Positions 54,615 to 64,000 of a DNA stretch of 64,000 bases are shown here, in pieces. The notes beneath the pieces are model-generated. The model was not told the DNA's origin. It did not search any database and saw only the letters and a program-made list of their open reading frames with translations. Each line of letters starts with the position of its first letter. The first letter of the stretch is position 1. Position numbers and translations under genes: made by a program. The DNA comes from a virus, in IMG/VR virus record IMGVR_UViG_3300021142_000013, positions 38,075-102,074 of that record; one strand, given 5' to 3'.

Positions 54615-55352
54615 TTATATTTTTTCTTTTACAATTTTTTCTTTAACTATTACTTCTTGGTCTTCTTCATTATAATATGCGTTTATAGTATCGTTTACAT
54701 ATTGTAAATCATTATCTATAAATGCTTCTTTAAACATACCTATAGGAGTTTTAACTGTACTATAGGCATCTCTTGTTTTAAAATAATACTTTATTTCATC
54801 GTTTTCATTAACTTTACAAGCTAGAAATACAATTTCATATTGTGCTTCAATACTTGCGAGTTTATCAGATATCATCTTTCCTGAAGATTGTGCTTTAATT
54901 GTTTTAGATTCAATTATACCATCTCCTTCTACTTGGATATGATGCAAAAAGTACACATTTAAATCATCTCGTAGAGTATTCGCAATTTCAGATAGTACTA
55001 AGAATTCATGTGCAATATCTCCAAATTTAAAATATCCTTGTTCTTCCCTTCTCCTATCTAGTTCTTTTGCTGCGAGGAAAGTACTATCGTCAATAACTGC
55101 CATTTTTATATGAGGCATTTTATCACTGATATGCTTCAACCAAGCAGCAATTGCTTTAGACGAAGAACTGTTTATTACATTACCTTTAGGATTTTTCTCT
55201 TTATCCCAAATGGTATAATTCTTTTTACTCCCACGAAAAGGTAATCCTTTACCTAATGCTGAAAATATTATTACTTCTTTTGGATTAACTGTTCGTAAAG
55301 AGGATGTTTTTCCACTACCAGCTTCTCCTAAAATTAACACGCTTTTTCCCAT
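54615..55352 (-). CDS. AAA_24/Sak4-like P-loop ATPase
   Basis: LILGEAGSGKTSS, VIDD, G..KF, KTP.GMF...IDND. Confidence 0.8.
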   Translation of the reverse strand: MGKSVLILGEAGSGKTSSLRTVNPKEVIIFSALGKGLPFRGSKKNYTIWDKEKNPKGNVINSSSSKAIAAWLKHISDKMPHIKMAVIDDSTFLAAKELDRRREEQGYFKFGDIAHEFLVLSEIANTLRDDLNVYFLHHIQVEGDGIIESKTIKAQSSGKMISDKLASIEAQYEIVFLACKVNENDEIKYYFKTRDAYSTVKTPIGMFKEAFIDNDLQYVNDTINAYYNEEDQEVIVKEKIVKEKI

Positions 55353-55374
55353 CTATTAGTCATATTTTGTTTTA

Positions 55375-55406
55375 CAAAGTTACTAAAATAATTCCTGTTT
55401 TCCAAA
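55375..55406 (-). promoter_or_regulatory. Bacteroidetes sigmaA-type promoter overlapping the helicase 3' end
   Basis: Minus strand TTTG, 20 nt, TAACTTTG. Confidence 0.7.
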
Positions 55407-56814
55407 TTTTTCTTTTCTTTCTTTTTCATAAATTATTATCCTGTCATATATCTCATTTAATTTTTCTTTATCTGTTGGAAGAGGCATTTCTTTAAAAATT
55501 TCACGTTTACCATCAAAATATAAACCACATCTGGGAGCCATTTCACCCTCGTTATTTTTAAGCATTAGAAGCGATTTGAACCTATCTCGTAGTATTTCTA
55601 TATTATAACCATCTGCATTGGGATACCATGGAATTTCATATCTCCAAGGAGAAAATAAAGCAAACATTACAAAGAACATTTTGTTATCATACAAGCTCTT
55701 TATCTTGTATATCTGTATTTTATTTTGTTATATATACAGCTCAGACTATGTCTTAATCAATTTTCATTGATTTCCCGCTTTCGTGGTAGAATTATATCCT
55801 CGACTTTACGTTAGGAATCACTACTAGTCGTTACACATTCTCCTTTATTTCTAAAGGGTTTAGCTCGGCGTTGCCTTCTTCAAGGTTTTCACCGAATTAA
55901 CGGGATTTCTCGTGACTTCATATTTTGTATTTCATACTATCATAAATATAATCTTGTATTAAATGAAAAAACAATTTTAAACTATTTCTTCTTATATAAA
56001 TTTCAATTTATTTTATAGTATTTGTTAAAATATTTACTCTATCACGCATAATTACTTTTGCGTCTCCTATGCTGGAAATATTAGGTTCAACTGCAGATAA
56101 ATTTACTTTTCCAGCATTACGAAAAGTATGTTTCTCTGTTTCAGCATCTACTTGTAATACTGCTACTACAGTCATATTTAATTTTTTACATAGATCTAAT
56201 CTTATTACATTCCTGGATAAGGTTTTGATTGCCTCCCATTCTGTATTATGATGTGCGTCTTTTGTAATATTTGAATAATTATCTATAATAGCTATTAAAT
56301 GATGCGTTTCTCCATATTTTTTATGTAATTCATGAGATACTTTTTGTATTTCAGAAGGAGAAGAACAATTATTTATAATATAAACGCTTTCGTCGAACTC
56401 CTTGTAAAAATCTGCATCCTGTTTCAAATAATTTAAATATTTATCAGGAATAGGTACATCTTTTGAATCGAGATATTTAGCAGATATATCTATATGATGA
56501 CGAGTATATAAATAATGTATCATCATTTTTTTATATATAGCTTCATCACCATCTTCCAATGCGAAATATAATATTTTTACAGGATAATTATTTTTTTTAG
56601 AAAATTCCAGCGTTTTATAAACAAAAGCATCTCTTATCCATCTACTTTTACCTATACCAGAAGAGCCTAATATTCCTATATAAGAACCTTTATCTATTGA
56701 AGGAATATAATCTTTATATCGTTCAAAGGGAAATGGTATTCCATTGTGTAATCCCTTTTCTTTTCTTTCTTTTTTATTGATAATACTCTGTAAAACTCGT
56801 TCATATAATCCCAT
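55383..56814 (-). CDS. DnaB-like (SF4) replicative helicase, two exons 56814-56041 and 55676-55383, 355 aa spliced
   Basis: Walker A GSSGIGKS, YFALE, IIDN, VLQ; splicing gives GDAKVIMRD|FFVMFALFSP.RY ... LKNNEG. Confidence 0.85.
55677..56040 (-). ncRNA. Group I intron (IA-type, 364 nt) in the helicase gene
   Basis: P1 CGTGAT/GTCACG with U-G at the splice site and a long AT-rich loop; P AATTCGGTGAA, Q AACGCCGAG, R TGTAACGACTA, S AAGACATAGTCTG; terminal G; in-frame exon joining. Confidence 0.9.
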
Positions 56815-57031
56815 TTTTTAATCCTTTTACTAATCTTAATAAGCTTTCTCTATCAAATTTGTCTTGTACATTATTTTCAGGTATTAATTTATGCGTTATA
56901 CAAAATTCAAGAAGTTCTTTATCTGTAAACGCGTTGTAATATTCTTCCATTTCCTGTGTTATATTCATCCATTCTTTTTTTAATTTTTCTTGTCCAGCCT
57001 TTTGTAAAACATCTCTACTTGTCTTTTCCAT
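56801..57031 (-). CDS. Hypothetical protein
   Basis: 76-aa ORF. Confidence 0.6.
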   Translation of the reverse strand: MEKTSRDVLQKAGQEKLKKEWMNITQEMEEYYNAFTDKELLEFCITHKLIPENNVQDKFDRESLLRLVKGLKNGII

Positions 57032-57681
57032 TACACTAAATCCATTATAGAAGTATCTACAACATCATCTTTCTTATCTAAGAATTTATCACACCATGCT
57101 GCTAAATCAGATACTCTACCTTCTTTTTCATTTTTAAATATAAAAAATATTGCTTTTCTTGTAAAAGCATGTCCTGAATCACTGTTTTCCTGATGTTTAA
57201 TATACATTTTAGTAGCTCCTAGTATAGTGTCTTTATCAAAGTTGTAAAGTTTCATAAATTTATCTAGGCGCACTACTATATCATTAACATTCGATCTATG
57301 TGATTTAGGGAAAATTTCTACATACTCTGTAGCCCAATGATCTACAGGAATTCTTAATGTTTCTGCGGTTACTTGTATTCCATTTTCGGAAAATTCTTTT
57401 TTTATCTGATATACTAATTCTCTACCTTTCTTTGTTAAATTAAATAGAGGTAATTCATCTTCATCAGAATGTATTAATAATTCTCTTCGTTCTAATTGTC
57501 GATATAGAATAATTGCACGTTTTTCGCGATTATTGTCATCAAATTCATCTAATAAATCATATCTCATTTCATCAAGAGCAAACATAATAAATAAAGCAGA
57601 ACCAAAATAATCTACATGTAAATTATGTGATTTTAACTTTTTTATTATGTTTGCGTTGAATTGTATTATTATATTATTCAT
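57031..57681 (-). CDS. Putative replication initiator/helicase-loader-like protein
   Basis: wHTH-like LTKKG, EY.E.FP, IL.AT..Y, FI.K....SDL..W; upstream of the helicase. Confidence 0.45.
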   Translation of the reverse strand: MNNIIIQFNANIIKKLKSHNLHVDYFGSALFIMFALDEMRYDLLDEFDDNNREKRAIILYRQLERRELLIHSDEDELPLFNLTKKGRELVYQIKKEFSENGIQVTAETLRIPVDHWATEYVEIFPKSHRSNVNDIVVRLDKFMKLYNFDKDTILGATKMYIKHQENSDSGHAFTRKAIFFIFKNEKEGRVSDLAAWCDKFLDKKDDVVDTSIMDLV

Positions 57682-57684
57682 ATA

Positions 57685-59253
57685 TTAACATAGTTTTTCT
57701 ATATTCCTTCGTACTTGTGATAAAGTAGTTTGATTGTAAAACGCACCATTTTCATATATAACTTGCAATATTCCTTTATCTTCTTCTTCAGGAGTACATT
57801 GAGTATATACATTGAAATTATGATCCACAGCAACCATTCCTTTCAAAGATTTCTTAGTACCATCATCCGTTATAGGATCTTTATATATGTCATACGCAAT
57901 TCGTTCTACTTCATATTCATAATCTACAGGAATTCCTTGTGCATTTTTTACAACTCTTGCAAAACCACCTTCTTTTTTTTGAAGGATTTCAAACCAAGAG
58001 CCCTTAACAGCAAATCCAAAAGTATCGCGAGTATTCATTTGATAAGTAAAAGAACCTACACCGAGAACAATATTAGTACAAGCAAATCCTTTAGCTTCTA
58101 AACGTCTATAAATCTCCATTTGTCTATCTAGAGTAATAGAATCACCATAAATAGCTCCTATATGAGAATCAAGTACTTTATAACCTTGTTTGTTAACTGT
58201 ACCACCAAACATATCCCAAAGTAATTCAATTACACCCTTTTCTTTAGAATTTGATTTGATTTTAGAATGTTCATTTTTCCATTCTTCTTTATTATCCCAT
58301 ATAACTTCACCACAAATTATATCTACAGGATCACCAGAATCAGGACGTATTACTAATTTACCATCACGAGCCATTATGGCTTCTTTATTAGCTGGTAAAT
58401 ATTCGGTAATGAGTTTCCATAAATCAAATGTATCTGAAACAATTGATAATATACCTATTGGAAATTCTTTTAACCAGTCAGCAATCATTTGTTGTTCACC
58501 TACAGTAAATATTTTTGTTGTGCTTACTGAGTGTTCAGACGCATTGACAGAATTGATAGAAACCTCATTCTCAGGCTCGTTATAGAAGTATCTAGCTCCT
58601 GGTATAACTATAAGTGTATCAGAACCTCTAAACGAAGATGCGTGACCTAATCCACTAGCTAGCATATCAAAAGGAGATAATCCTCTAGCACTAAAATCAT
58701 GAGCTAAATATGGAAGAAGTCCAATATTCTTCTCATCTGTTTTATTTATCCATTCTTTTAGATTTCTACGATATTGTAAAGCAATAGTTGCAGAAGTAGA
58801 AGATTTCCAAGATAATGCAGAAATAATTGTTTCTAGGTATAATGTTAACCAAGCATATCCATCTATTGTATTAATAAATGTCATATGTGGAACATTTGCA
58901 GAAGTTTCTATACCTTCTGGTAAAGCTTTAATTTTAATAGGTAAATAACCTAATTTATGGAGTTTGATAAAATGATCTCCTTTAAATTCCATATCAAGAT
59001 ACATAGACATATCTCTAATAAAACTAGCTGCTTCTTCTTGTGTTTTATCAAAGAAATTCTCTTTAAATTCGTCATGTAACCATTTAATCATAAGCTGATG
59101 ACCAAATGAAAGAATTTTAGTTATTCCTTTAGGTGCATGTTTTACACTTCTCGGTATCAATGTTCCATATAAACGAACTGTTCCAGGAGCTAACATTTTT
59201 TTGTGTCCCACTTTATATCCATCTGAATAGTAGAGACTTAATGGTTTAAACAT
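57685..59253 (-). CDS. Nicotinamide phosphoribosyltransferase-like protein (Namat of NARP1)
   Basis: DGYK.GH, HDFSARG, GSDT, SV.ASEHSV, SIVSDT.D, VIRPDSGDP, IYGDSIT, GVGS.TYQ..TRDT.G.A.K, KDP.TD.G.KKS.KG. Confidence 0.9.
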   Translation of the reverse strand: MFKPLSLYYSDGYKVGHKKMLAPGTVRLYGTLIPRSVKHAPKGITKILSFGHQLMIKWLHDEFKENFFDKTQEEAASFIRDMSMYLDMEFKGDHFIKLHKLGYLPIKIKALPEGIETSANVPHMTFINTIDGYAWLTLYLETIISALSWKSSTSATIALQYRRNLKEWINKTDEKNIGLLPYLAHDFSARGLSPFDMLASGLGHASSFRGSDTLIVIPGARYFYNEPENEVSINSVNASEHSVSTTKIFTVGEQQMIADWLKEFPIGILSIVSDTFDLWKLITEYLPANKEAIMARDGKLVIRPDSGDPVDIICGEVIWDNKEEWKNEHSKIKSNSKEKGVIELLWDMFGGTVNKQGYKVLDSHIGAIYGDSITLDRQMEIYRRLEAKGFACTNIVLGVGSFTYQMNTRDTFGFAVKGSWFEILQKKEGGFARVVKNAQGIPVDYEYEVERIAYDIYKDPITDDGTKKSLKGMVAVDHNFNVYTQCTPEEEDKGILQVIYENGAFYNQTTLSQVRRNIEKLC

Positions 59254-59263
59254 ATTAATAATT

Positions 59264-59683
59264 TTAACCTATTTCATCTAGGTGTGTTTGTGAACGAATA
59301 AATGCTCTTTGTCGATACATCGCTTCTTGTAAAGTATCTAATGCTTGATCTAGACCTGCACGATCATCTAGAAATATATTAGCATATATTTTATTTTGAT
59401 TACCATATGGTAAATCGATAGGATTTTGATTAATTGTATCTATATGTAAATCTTTAGAATCACAATATTTACGAATTTCTTCATAACGATTTTGTTTACA
59501 AGCAGTAAAAATTACAATATATGCACCAACTCTTCTTGCTTCTTTTAATAGTTCAATAACTTTATCACATTTTTGTTGATTTGTTAACTTCCAAGGACAA
59601 ATTGTATCATCAAAATCAACTGCGACGATTATCTTACCATGAAGATTCCATTCTTCAACTAATCTTTTTATATAATCGTTCAT
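59264..59683 (-). CDS. Small HAD-superfamily phosphatase-like protein
   Basis: IVAVDFDDT, IFTA, KIYANIFLDDRAG. Confidence 0.75.
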   Translation of the reverse strand: MNDYIKRLVEEWNLHGKIIVAVDFDDTICPWKLTNQQKCDKVIELLKEARRVGAYIVIFTACKQNRYEEIRKYCDSKDLHIDTINQNPIDLPYGNQNKIYANIFLDDRAGLDQALDTLQEAMYRQRAFIRSQTHLDEIG

Positions 59684-60528
59684 ATATTTATAATTTTAAC
59701 GTAATCTTTAATTCCTGAAAATTGTTCAAGTATTTTTATGTGTTTTTCATCACTATAAAAAGAATTTGTAGTGTAAACATTTTTAAAATACTCTTTTAAT
59801 TCACTAAAACCATTATGGAAGATACCATGTGATACAACGAGATATAAATTACCACAATTCAAAAGTTTTAGTCTCTTTGCAATTTCTATAAAAGTTCTAC
59901 CACCATCACAAATATCATCAATAATGTAGACATCTTTGTTCTGTAGATCTACTATTGTAGTATCTACTTTAGTTTCAATGATTTTTCCAGTAGATAACTC
60001 ACGTATTTTTTGACATTTAATTAAATCTCCAGTAAATTTTAGATATTTACATAGTTCATATATCTTTTTTTCACTACCTGCATCAGGTGAACATATACAA
60101 TAGTTAGTTCTTGTTTTTAGAATGCTCTCTACAAAAGTATAATTTGTTAGACAAGTTAAATTATTTATACAAGCATCTGCTAAAACTTCGTTATGTACAT
60201 CGTAACATATAATTTCTTCTAGATGTAACGAATTCAGAATAGGAGCAATTACATCTTTTAGATATTTAGTTCCTCCATTTTGAAATTGTCTATCAGAACG
60301 AGCTCCTAGTAGATACGGAATGTATAGAATGATATTTGCTCTATTATTTAGATTTCTAATCGCTGTAACAGCACAAATTATTAATTCTAAATGTTGAAAA
60401 TTGTTAAAAGAAGAAACAATTTGATAATGTTTTTCATAAATATTAATCACTACATTTTGTTGTCCATCTGGATAAGAAAATTTCTTGAAAAATAAAGAAT
60501 CCTCTTTTCGTAAATCTATTGTTATCAT
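59680..60528 (-). CDS. Ribose-phosphate pyrophosphokinase-like protein (Adps of NARP1)
   Basis: YPDGQ, PY..GAR.DR, D.H, SPDAG..K, K.R, IIDDICDGG.TF, VSHG.F, TTNS. Confidence 0.9.
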   Translation of the reverse strand: MITIDLRKEDSLFFKKFSYPDGQQNVVINIYEKHYQIVSSFNNFQHLELIICAVTAIRNLNNRANIILYIPYLLGARSDRQFQNGGTKYLKDVIAPILNSLHLEEIICYDVHNEVLADACINNLTCLTNYTFVESILKTRTNYCICSPDAGSEKKIYELCKYLKFTGDLIKCQKIRELSTGKIIETKVDTTIVDLQNKDVYIIDDICDGGRTFIEIAKRLKLLNCGNLYLVVSHGIFHNGFSELKEYFKNVYTTNSFYSDEKHIKILEQFSGIKDYVKIINI

Positions 60529-60539
60529 AATATTTTTAT

Positions 60540-61052
60540 TTATTCATTCCAATCATACATCATATCGTATTTAAGTACATGTGTTTTATACAAAATAGAT
60601 AGTGTTTTTAATAAATTATTTTTCAATGCACCTTTTTGAATAGTACTCCAATAATGAGAATCTAAAAAAGGTATTGTATTATGCCTAAAATGCGAAATGT
60701 ATACATGTAATTTCCTACCATTATAATCTACTTGGAATCTTTCATATAAACCTTCATGAAAATCTAATGTTCTCAACTGTTGATATGTCATTTCGTATAT
60801 GACTCCTTCTACAGATTCGTTTGCATTTTCTCTGATATTTGCAAAAGTTGGTACTTTTACTCCGCAATCAAATATTAACTCATATCCAGGAATAACATGT
60901 GTTGCAATTTGTTCACAAAAACCTACTCTTACATCAAGACGATATTTATGAAGATTAGAACCATATGCAAAATATAGAACTTTTTGATTCAATTGTTTTT
61001 GAGTGAACTTCTTTTTCATATAGTTTTTAAGTTGTTTCAGGATATTTCTCAT
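60540..61052 (-). CDS. Second gamma-glutamylcyclotransferase-like protein
   Basis: LYFAYGSNL, ANI, VEGV.YE, LD..EG.Y, Y...I..GA. Confidence 0.8.
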   Translation of the reverse strand: MRNILKQLKNYMKKKFTQKQLNQKVLYFAYGSNLHKYRLDVRVGFCEQIATHVIPGYELIFDCGVKVPTFANIRENANESVEGVIYEMTYQQLRTLDFHEGLYERFQVDYNGRKLHVYISHFRHNTIPFLDSHYWSTIQKGALKNNLLKTLSILYKTHVLKYDMMYDWNE

Positions 61053-61263
61053 AGAATTCTAATATAGCTCTATATATTGTTTGTTGAAATGTTTCTTTTG
61101 GTTTTTGCTCTACATATACAAGTTGTCTTTCTTCGTAAGCATCTATACTTTCTCTAATATGTATTCCAGAAGTTTTAGGCTTTAAAATTTCAACTTCATC
61201 ATTATACCAAATATGTACTTCATACTTTTTACCAATTTTATTTAATTCTTCTAGTATATCCAT
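61027..61263 (-). CDS. Hypothetical protein
   Basis: 78-aa ORF. Confidence 0.55.
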   Translation of the reverse strand: MDILEELNKIGKKYEVHIWYNDEVEILKPKTSGIHIRESIDAYEERQLVYVEQKPKETFQQTIYRAILEFYEKYPETT

Positions 61264-61798
61264 AATTATTATTTTTTAGCTTCCCATCCAGCTTCAAAAG
61301 CACGAAGAAGTAATTCATAATATACATATTCATATTTTAAATTACTGTCTTGAAATTCATCAGAATTATTTTCTGGAGGATAAAAGTTATATTCTTCACA
61401 GAATTTCTTAAAAGCTTCATACATATCATCCATAATTAATCTTCATTTATAGTTAAAAATAAAGCACCTATCAAGATATATAAAAGAAACCATAATTTAT
61501 TATAAGTTACTGCTAAATATGCAGGTACAAATAATACACCTAATATTATTCCAATTGCAATAAAAGACTCTATAACTAGAACGATATTCATTAAAAACTT
61601 TTCCATAACTAATGTAATAATAAGTATTGATTAAGAAATAGTGTTGCTATGAATATTCCTATCAAAATCATTGCAGTATATATTTTTCTATTACAATCTT
61701 TTGTAAATTGTGTAATAAAAAGCACCACAAATATACTTAACATCGCAGATATTAAAATTAAATTTACTGCTTCCATTATTTCTTTCATATATTTTATT

Positions 61799-62395
61799 TT
61801 AAGGTATATATAATATTGTTAGATTATCTTTATGTAAATCAAATAATTTCCAAGTTTCTGTATAATTTCTTTGAAATTCTTCTACATTAAATGGTTTACA
61901 TATTACATGAAATCCATTCTTTGTTCTTAGAATATCTTTGATTTTGTCACCTACTGGCAAAACATTATAAAGTTCCTTACTTAATTGATTAGTAAAATTT
62001 CCACGATCTTTAAAGTCAAAATCTAATATCCAACTTTTATCAGACTCATTTGAATAAGTTCCTGCTACAGATTCATAAGCTTTTCTTACAGATTTGAAAT
62101 CTTTGTTCATTATTTGATCTGTAACTTTTTTCAAAGTATGAAATGCAAGTTTCTCGAAAGAACGTTTATTAAGATTTATTCCTGCACGAGCATTATGATA
62201 ATTACAAAGAACTTTAATTTCTTCGTACTTCCTATCAAGATATTCCAATGAAGATACATAATAAGTTTTTACTATATAAGAATTATTTCCTAATTCAGGA
62301 TGTTCTTTTTTACGTTTAATTATTTGAAGATGATAGAAATCATCCTCATTATTAAACTTTAATAAAAATTTTATTTTATCAATATTATCTATCAT
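61799..62395 (-). CDS. Conserved phage protein with AEP (primase-polymerase)-like motifs
   Basis: WILDFD (DxD), TKNGFH (sxxGxH), HKDN. Confidence 0.5.
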   Translation of the reverse strand: MIDNIDKIKFLLKFNNEDDFYHLQIIKRKKEHPELGNNSYIVKTYYVSSLEYLDRKYEEIKVLCNYHNARAGINLNKRSFEKLAFHTLKKVTDQIMNKDFKSVRKAYESVAGTYSNESDKSWILDFDFKDRGNFTNQLSKELYNVLPVGDKIKDILRTKNGFHVICKPFNVEEFQRNYTETWKLFDLHKDNLTILYIP

Positions 62396-62645
62396 CTTTC
62401 TTGTTTTTTAAATCACCTATTTCAGAATACATAGCTAGTAATTCAGGTAACAATGCTCCAAATCCTATCCAAGAACCTAATATGAAGAATCCTAGATAGT
62501 CTATATCCTTCAAGTAGATTTTGAAAATATTTGCGTTTGTTTTAAAAATTAAATTATTTATATAGTTATTTAAAATAACTAATATATACAGTAAGATAAT
62601 GGTGCATCCTACACCTATTAAATAAATCCATAACAACGTTGTCAT
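62385..62645 (-). CDS. Membrane protein
   Basis: Two hydrophobic segments. Confidence 0.6.
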   Translation of the reverse strand: MTTLLWIYLIGVGCTIILLYILVILNNYINNLIFKTNANIFKIYLKDIDYLGFFILGSWIGFGALLPELLAMYSEIGDLKNKKDDR

Positions 62646-63427
62646 ATTTTTGATTTTACGAGGTTAAGCATGTCTCCTTTAGTTACTACATATACATTAC
62701 TAGTGCTAACAGATAAATTGTTTTCTTTCAAATCCTTTAAACTCAATACTGGTTTATTCCATAGTATATATTCATCTCTAGCAGATTCTGTAGAAAAAGC
62801 AATTAAGTCGCTATTTTTTATTATATCTGCAGGAAAACAAACAATTTTATTAAAAGATTTATCTGTAGCATAAATAAAACTATCTTCTTTATAAACGTCT
62901 ACTCCATCATTAGTAGTAAGTATAGGCACTTTAGCTTTTTTAACATCTTTTAGATATTCAAAATAAGAGGCACATCCTTTAGTACCTGTAATCATAACCC
63001 TATCGTTTTCACAAATGGTAATACGAGAAATTATTAAATCATTATGTCTATTAATATCAATTCTGTCTCCAATAGTGAATATTTCTTCATCCAAAAGTCT
63101 CTTAACAGAATGTATACGATACAAATTGTTTGTTAATATATGTGATATATGCATAGGAGAAGTATAATCATCAGAAGCAGACCATTCATCTATTCCACGA
63201 TTCTCTAACCATATTCTACCAGAAGTACGTTGAATAAAAGATAGTATTTTATAACTTGTATCTACTATTTCTTGCCAGAATTCGGAAAAATCTTCTATAT
63301 TAGGAAGATAAATTCTATTTTTACTATCTTTTAAACAATACCATCCTTTTCCTACAGAATTATAAATAACAGTTCCTTTTATTAAATTACAATTAGGATA
63401 ACTCTTTATTAGTGCATATCGTTTCAT
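62642..63427 (-). CDS. Hypothetical protein
   Basis: Y.LIK.YP, EFW.E, I.SVKRL.D.E.FTIGD, TT.DGV, FST..A...YI..NKP.LS..D motifs seen in Bacteroidetes phages. Confidence 0.65.
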   Translation of the reverse strand: MKRYALIKSYPNCNLIKGTVIYNSVGKGWYCLKDSKNRIYLPNIEDFSEFWQEIVDTSYKILSFIQRTSGRIWLENRGIDEWSASDDYTSPMHISHILTNNLYRIHSVKRLLDEEIFTIGDRIDINRHNDLIISRITICENDRVMITGTKGCASYFEYLKDVKKAKVPILTTNDGVDVYKEDSFIYATDKSFNKIVCFPADIIKNSDLIAFSTESARDEYILWNKPVLSLKDLKENNLSVSTSNVYVVTKGDMLNLVKSKI

Positions 63428-63624
63428 AAGTTATTTGCTTTATATAGTTTAGTAATCTGTTTTAGGCAATAAAGTTCCAAAAGCATTTTCAACCTTTTCT
63501 AAGGTTAATACATTATTCATAAGATCTTTAGTTGTAGTTTTATCTCTATAGCTAGCAAATAAATCTACTAATTCTTCATATGACATTTCTAAGAATTGTC
63601 CATTATAATATATACCATTTTTCA

Positions 63625-63999
63625 TTAGAATAATGTTAATTGTCTTTTATTAATTTCAATTTCTTCTATTATTTTTCGTGTTTTTGCAACGTAATGATTA
63701 TAATTTATATTATAATCTTGCCATTGTTTCTCCTTATAGGTATTAAACAATATTACAGGATCACCTACATGCAAATGTTCCATTGTATTTTTTCCTTTCT
63801 TTCGTTTGAAAAGTAGTGGCGCAGGTGTTGAAAAATAATATCTATTTAAATTTTGTTGCTTTTCATTATTATAAAAGATTTCATATCCTTTATTAACTTT
63901 TTTACTACAACAATAATCATAAATATGCAAATTGTGTTCTTCAGGATTCTTTATAGTGCTTTCTATAGCAATATTTTTAATAAAATAATTTTCTAGAGC
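63625..63999 (-). CDS. polB: DNA polymerase family B, C-terminal part (gene runs off the window)
   Basis: Frame is open to the window edge: ALENYF...IESTI....IYDYC...NRYY.S...FN...DYNINY..Y......I..I...QL.LF, typical of the crAss-like PolB C-terminus. Confidence 0.7.
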   Translation of the reverse strand, partial: ALENYFIKNIAIESTIKNPEEHNLHIYDYCCSKKVNKGYEIFYNNEKQQNLNRYYFSTPAPLLFKRKKGKNTMEHLHVGDPVILFNTYKEKQWQDYNINYNHYVAKTRKIIEEIEINKRQLTLF

Positions 64000-64000
64000 T

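Noticed and set aside
33144-62873. Short + strand ORFs nested in - strand genes (e.g. 39036, 47347, 50011, 57730, 58190)
   Set aside because: Antisense shadows with no promoter or terminator support, unlike 40112..40381.
1-64000. Stop-codon reassignment (TAG=Gln or TGA=Trp), common in crAss-like phages
   Set aside because: Long genes (3895 and 1595 aa) are intact in code 11. The three split genes are explained by two introns and one frameshift, and TAG/TGA are used as normal stops.
1-64000. CRISPR array, tRNA or rRNA genes
   Set aside because: No regularly spaced repeats or cloverleaf/T-loop signatures were noticed in the short intergenic gaps. tRNAscan-SE was not run.

Overview
AT-rich fragment of a Bacteroidetes-infecting crAss-like phage (Crassvirales), translated with the standard code; no TAG/TGA recoding is needed. 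The + strand (1-31124) carries the 3' end of a virion cargo gene, a 3895-aa virion RNA polymerase (DFDVD motif, zincin HExxH domain) and an inserted cassette of a frameshifted glycosyltransferase, an M28-like peptidase and an intein-containing PurD-like ATP-grasp enzyme. These are followed by a second giant cargo protein, tail-fibre/adhesin genes, two glycosyltransferases and lysis-like membrane genes. The - strand (31202-64000) carries the PolB 3' end, a NARP1-like NAD+ reconstitution pair (Prs-like plus Nampt-like, with a HAD gene between), a DnaB-like helicase split by a group I intron, Sak4-like ATPase, SSB, primase, RecA, class II RNR and nucleotide-pool enzymes. It also holds an 8-gene peptide-ligase/glutamine-amidotransferase cluster whose amidoligase is split by a second group I intron, and two free-standing GIY-YIG endonucleases. 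Nine Bacteroidetes sigmaA-like promoters (TTTG-N20-TAnnTTTG; seven exact, two one-base variants) and four intrinsic terminators are visible. All family assignments come from motifs recognised by eye; no database searches were run.
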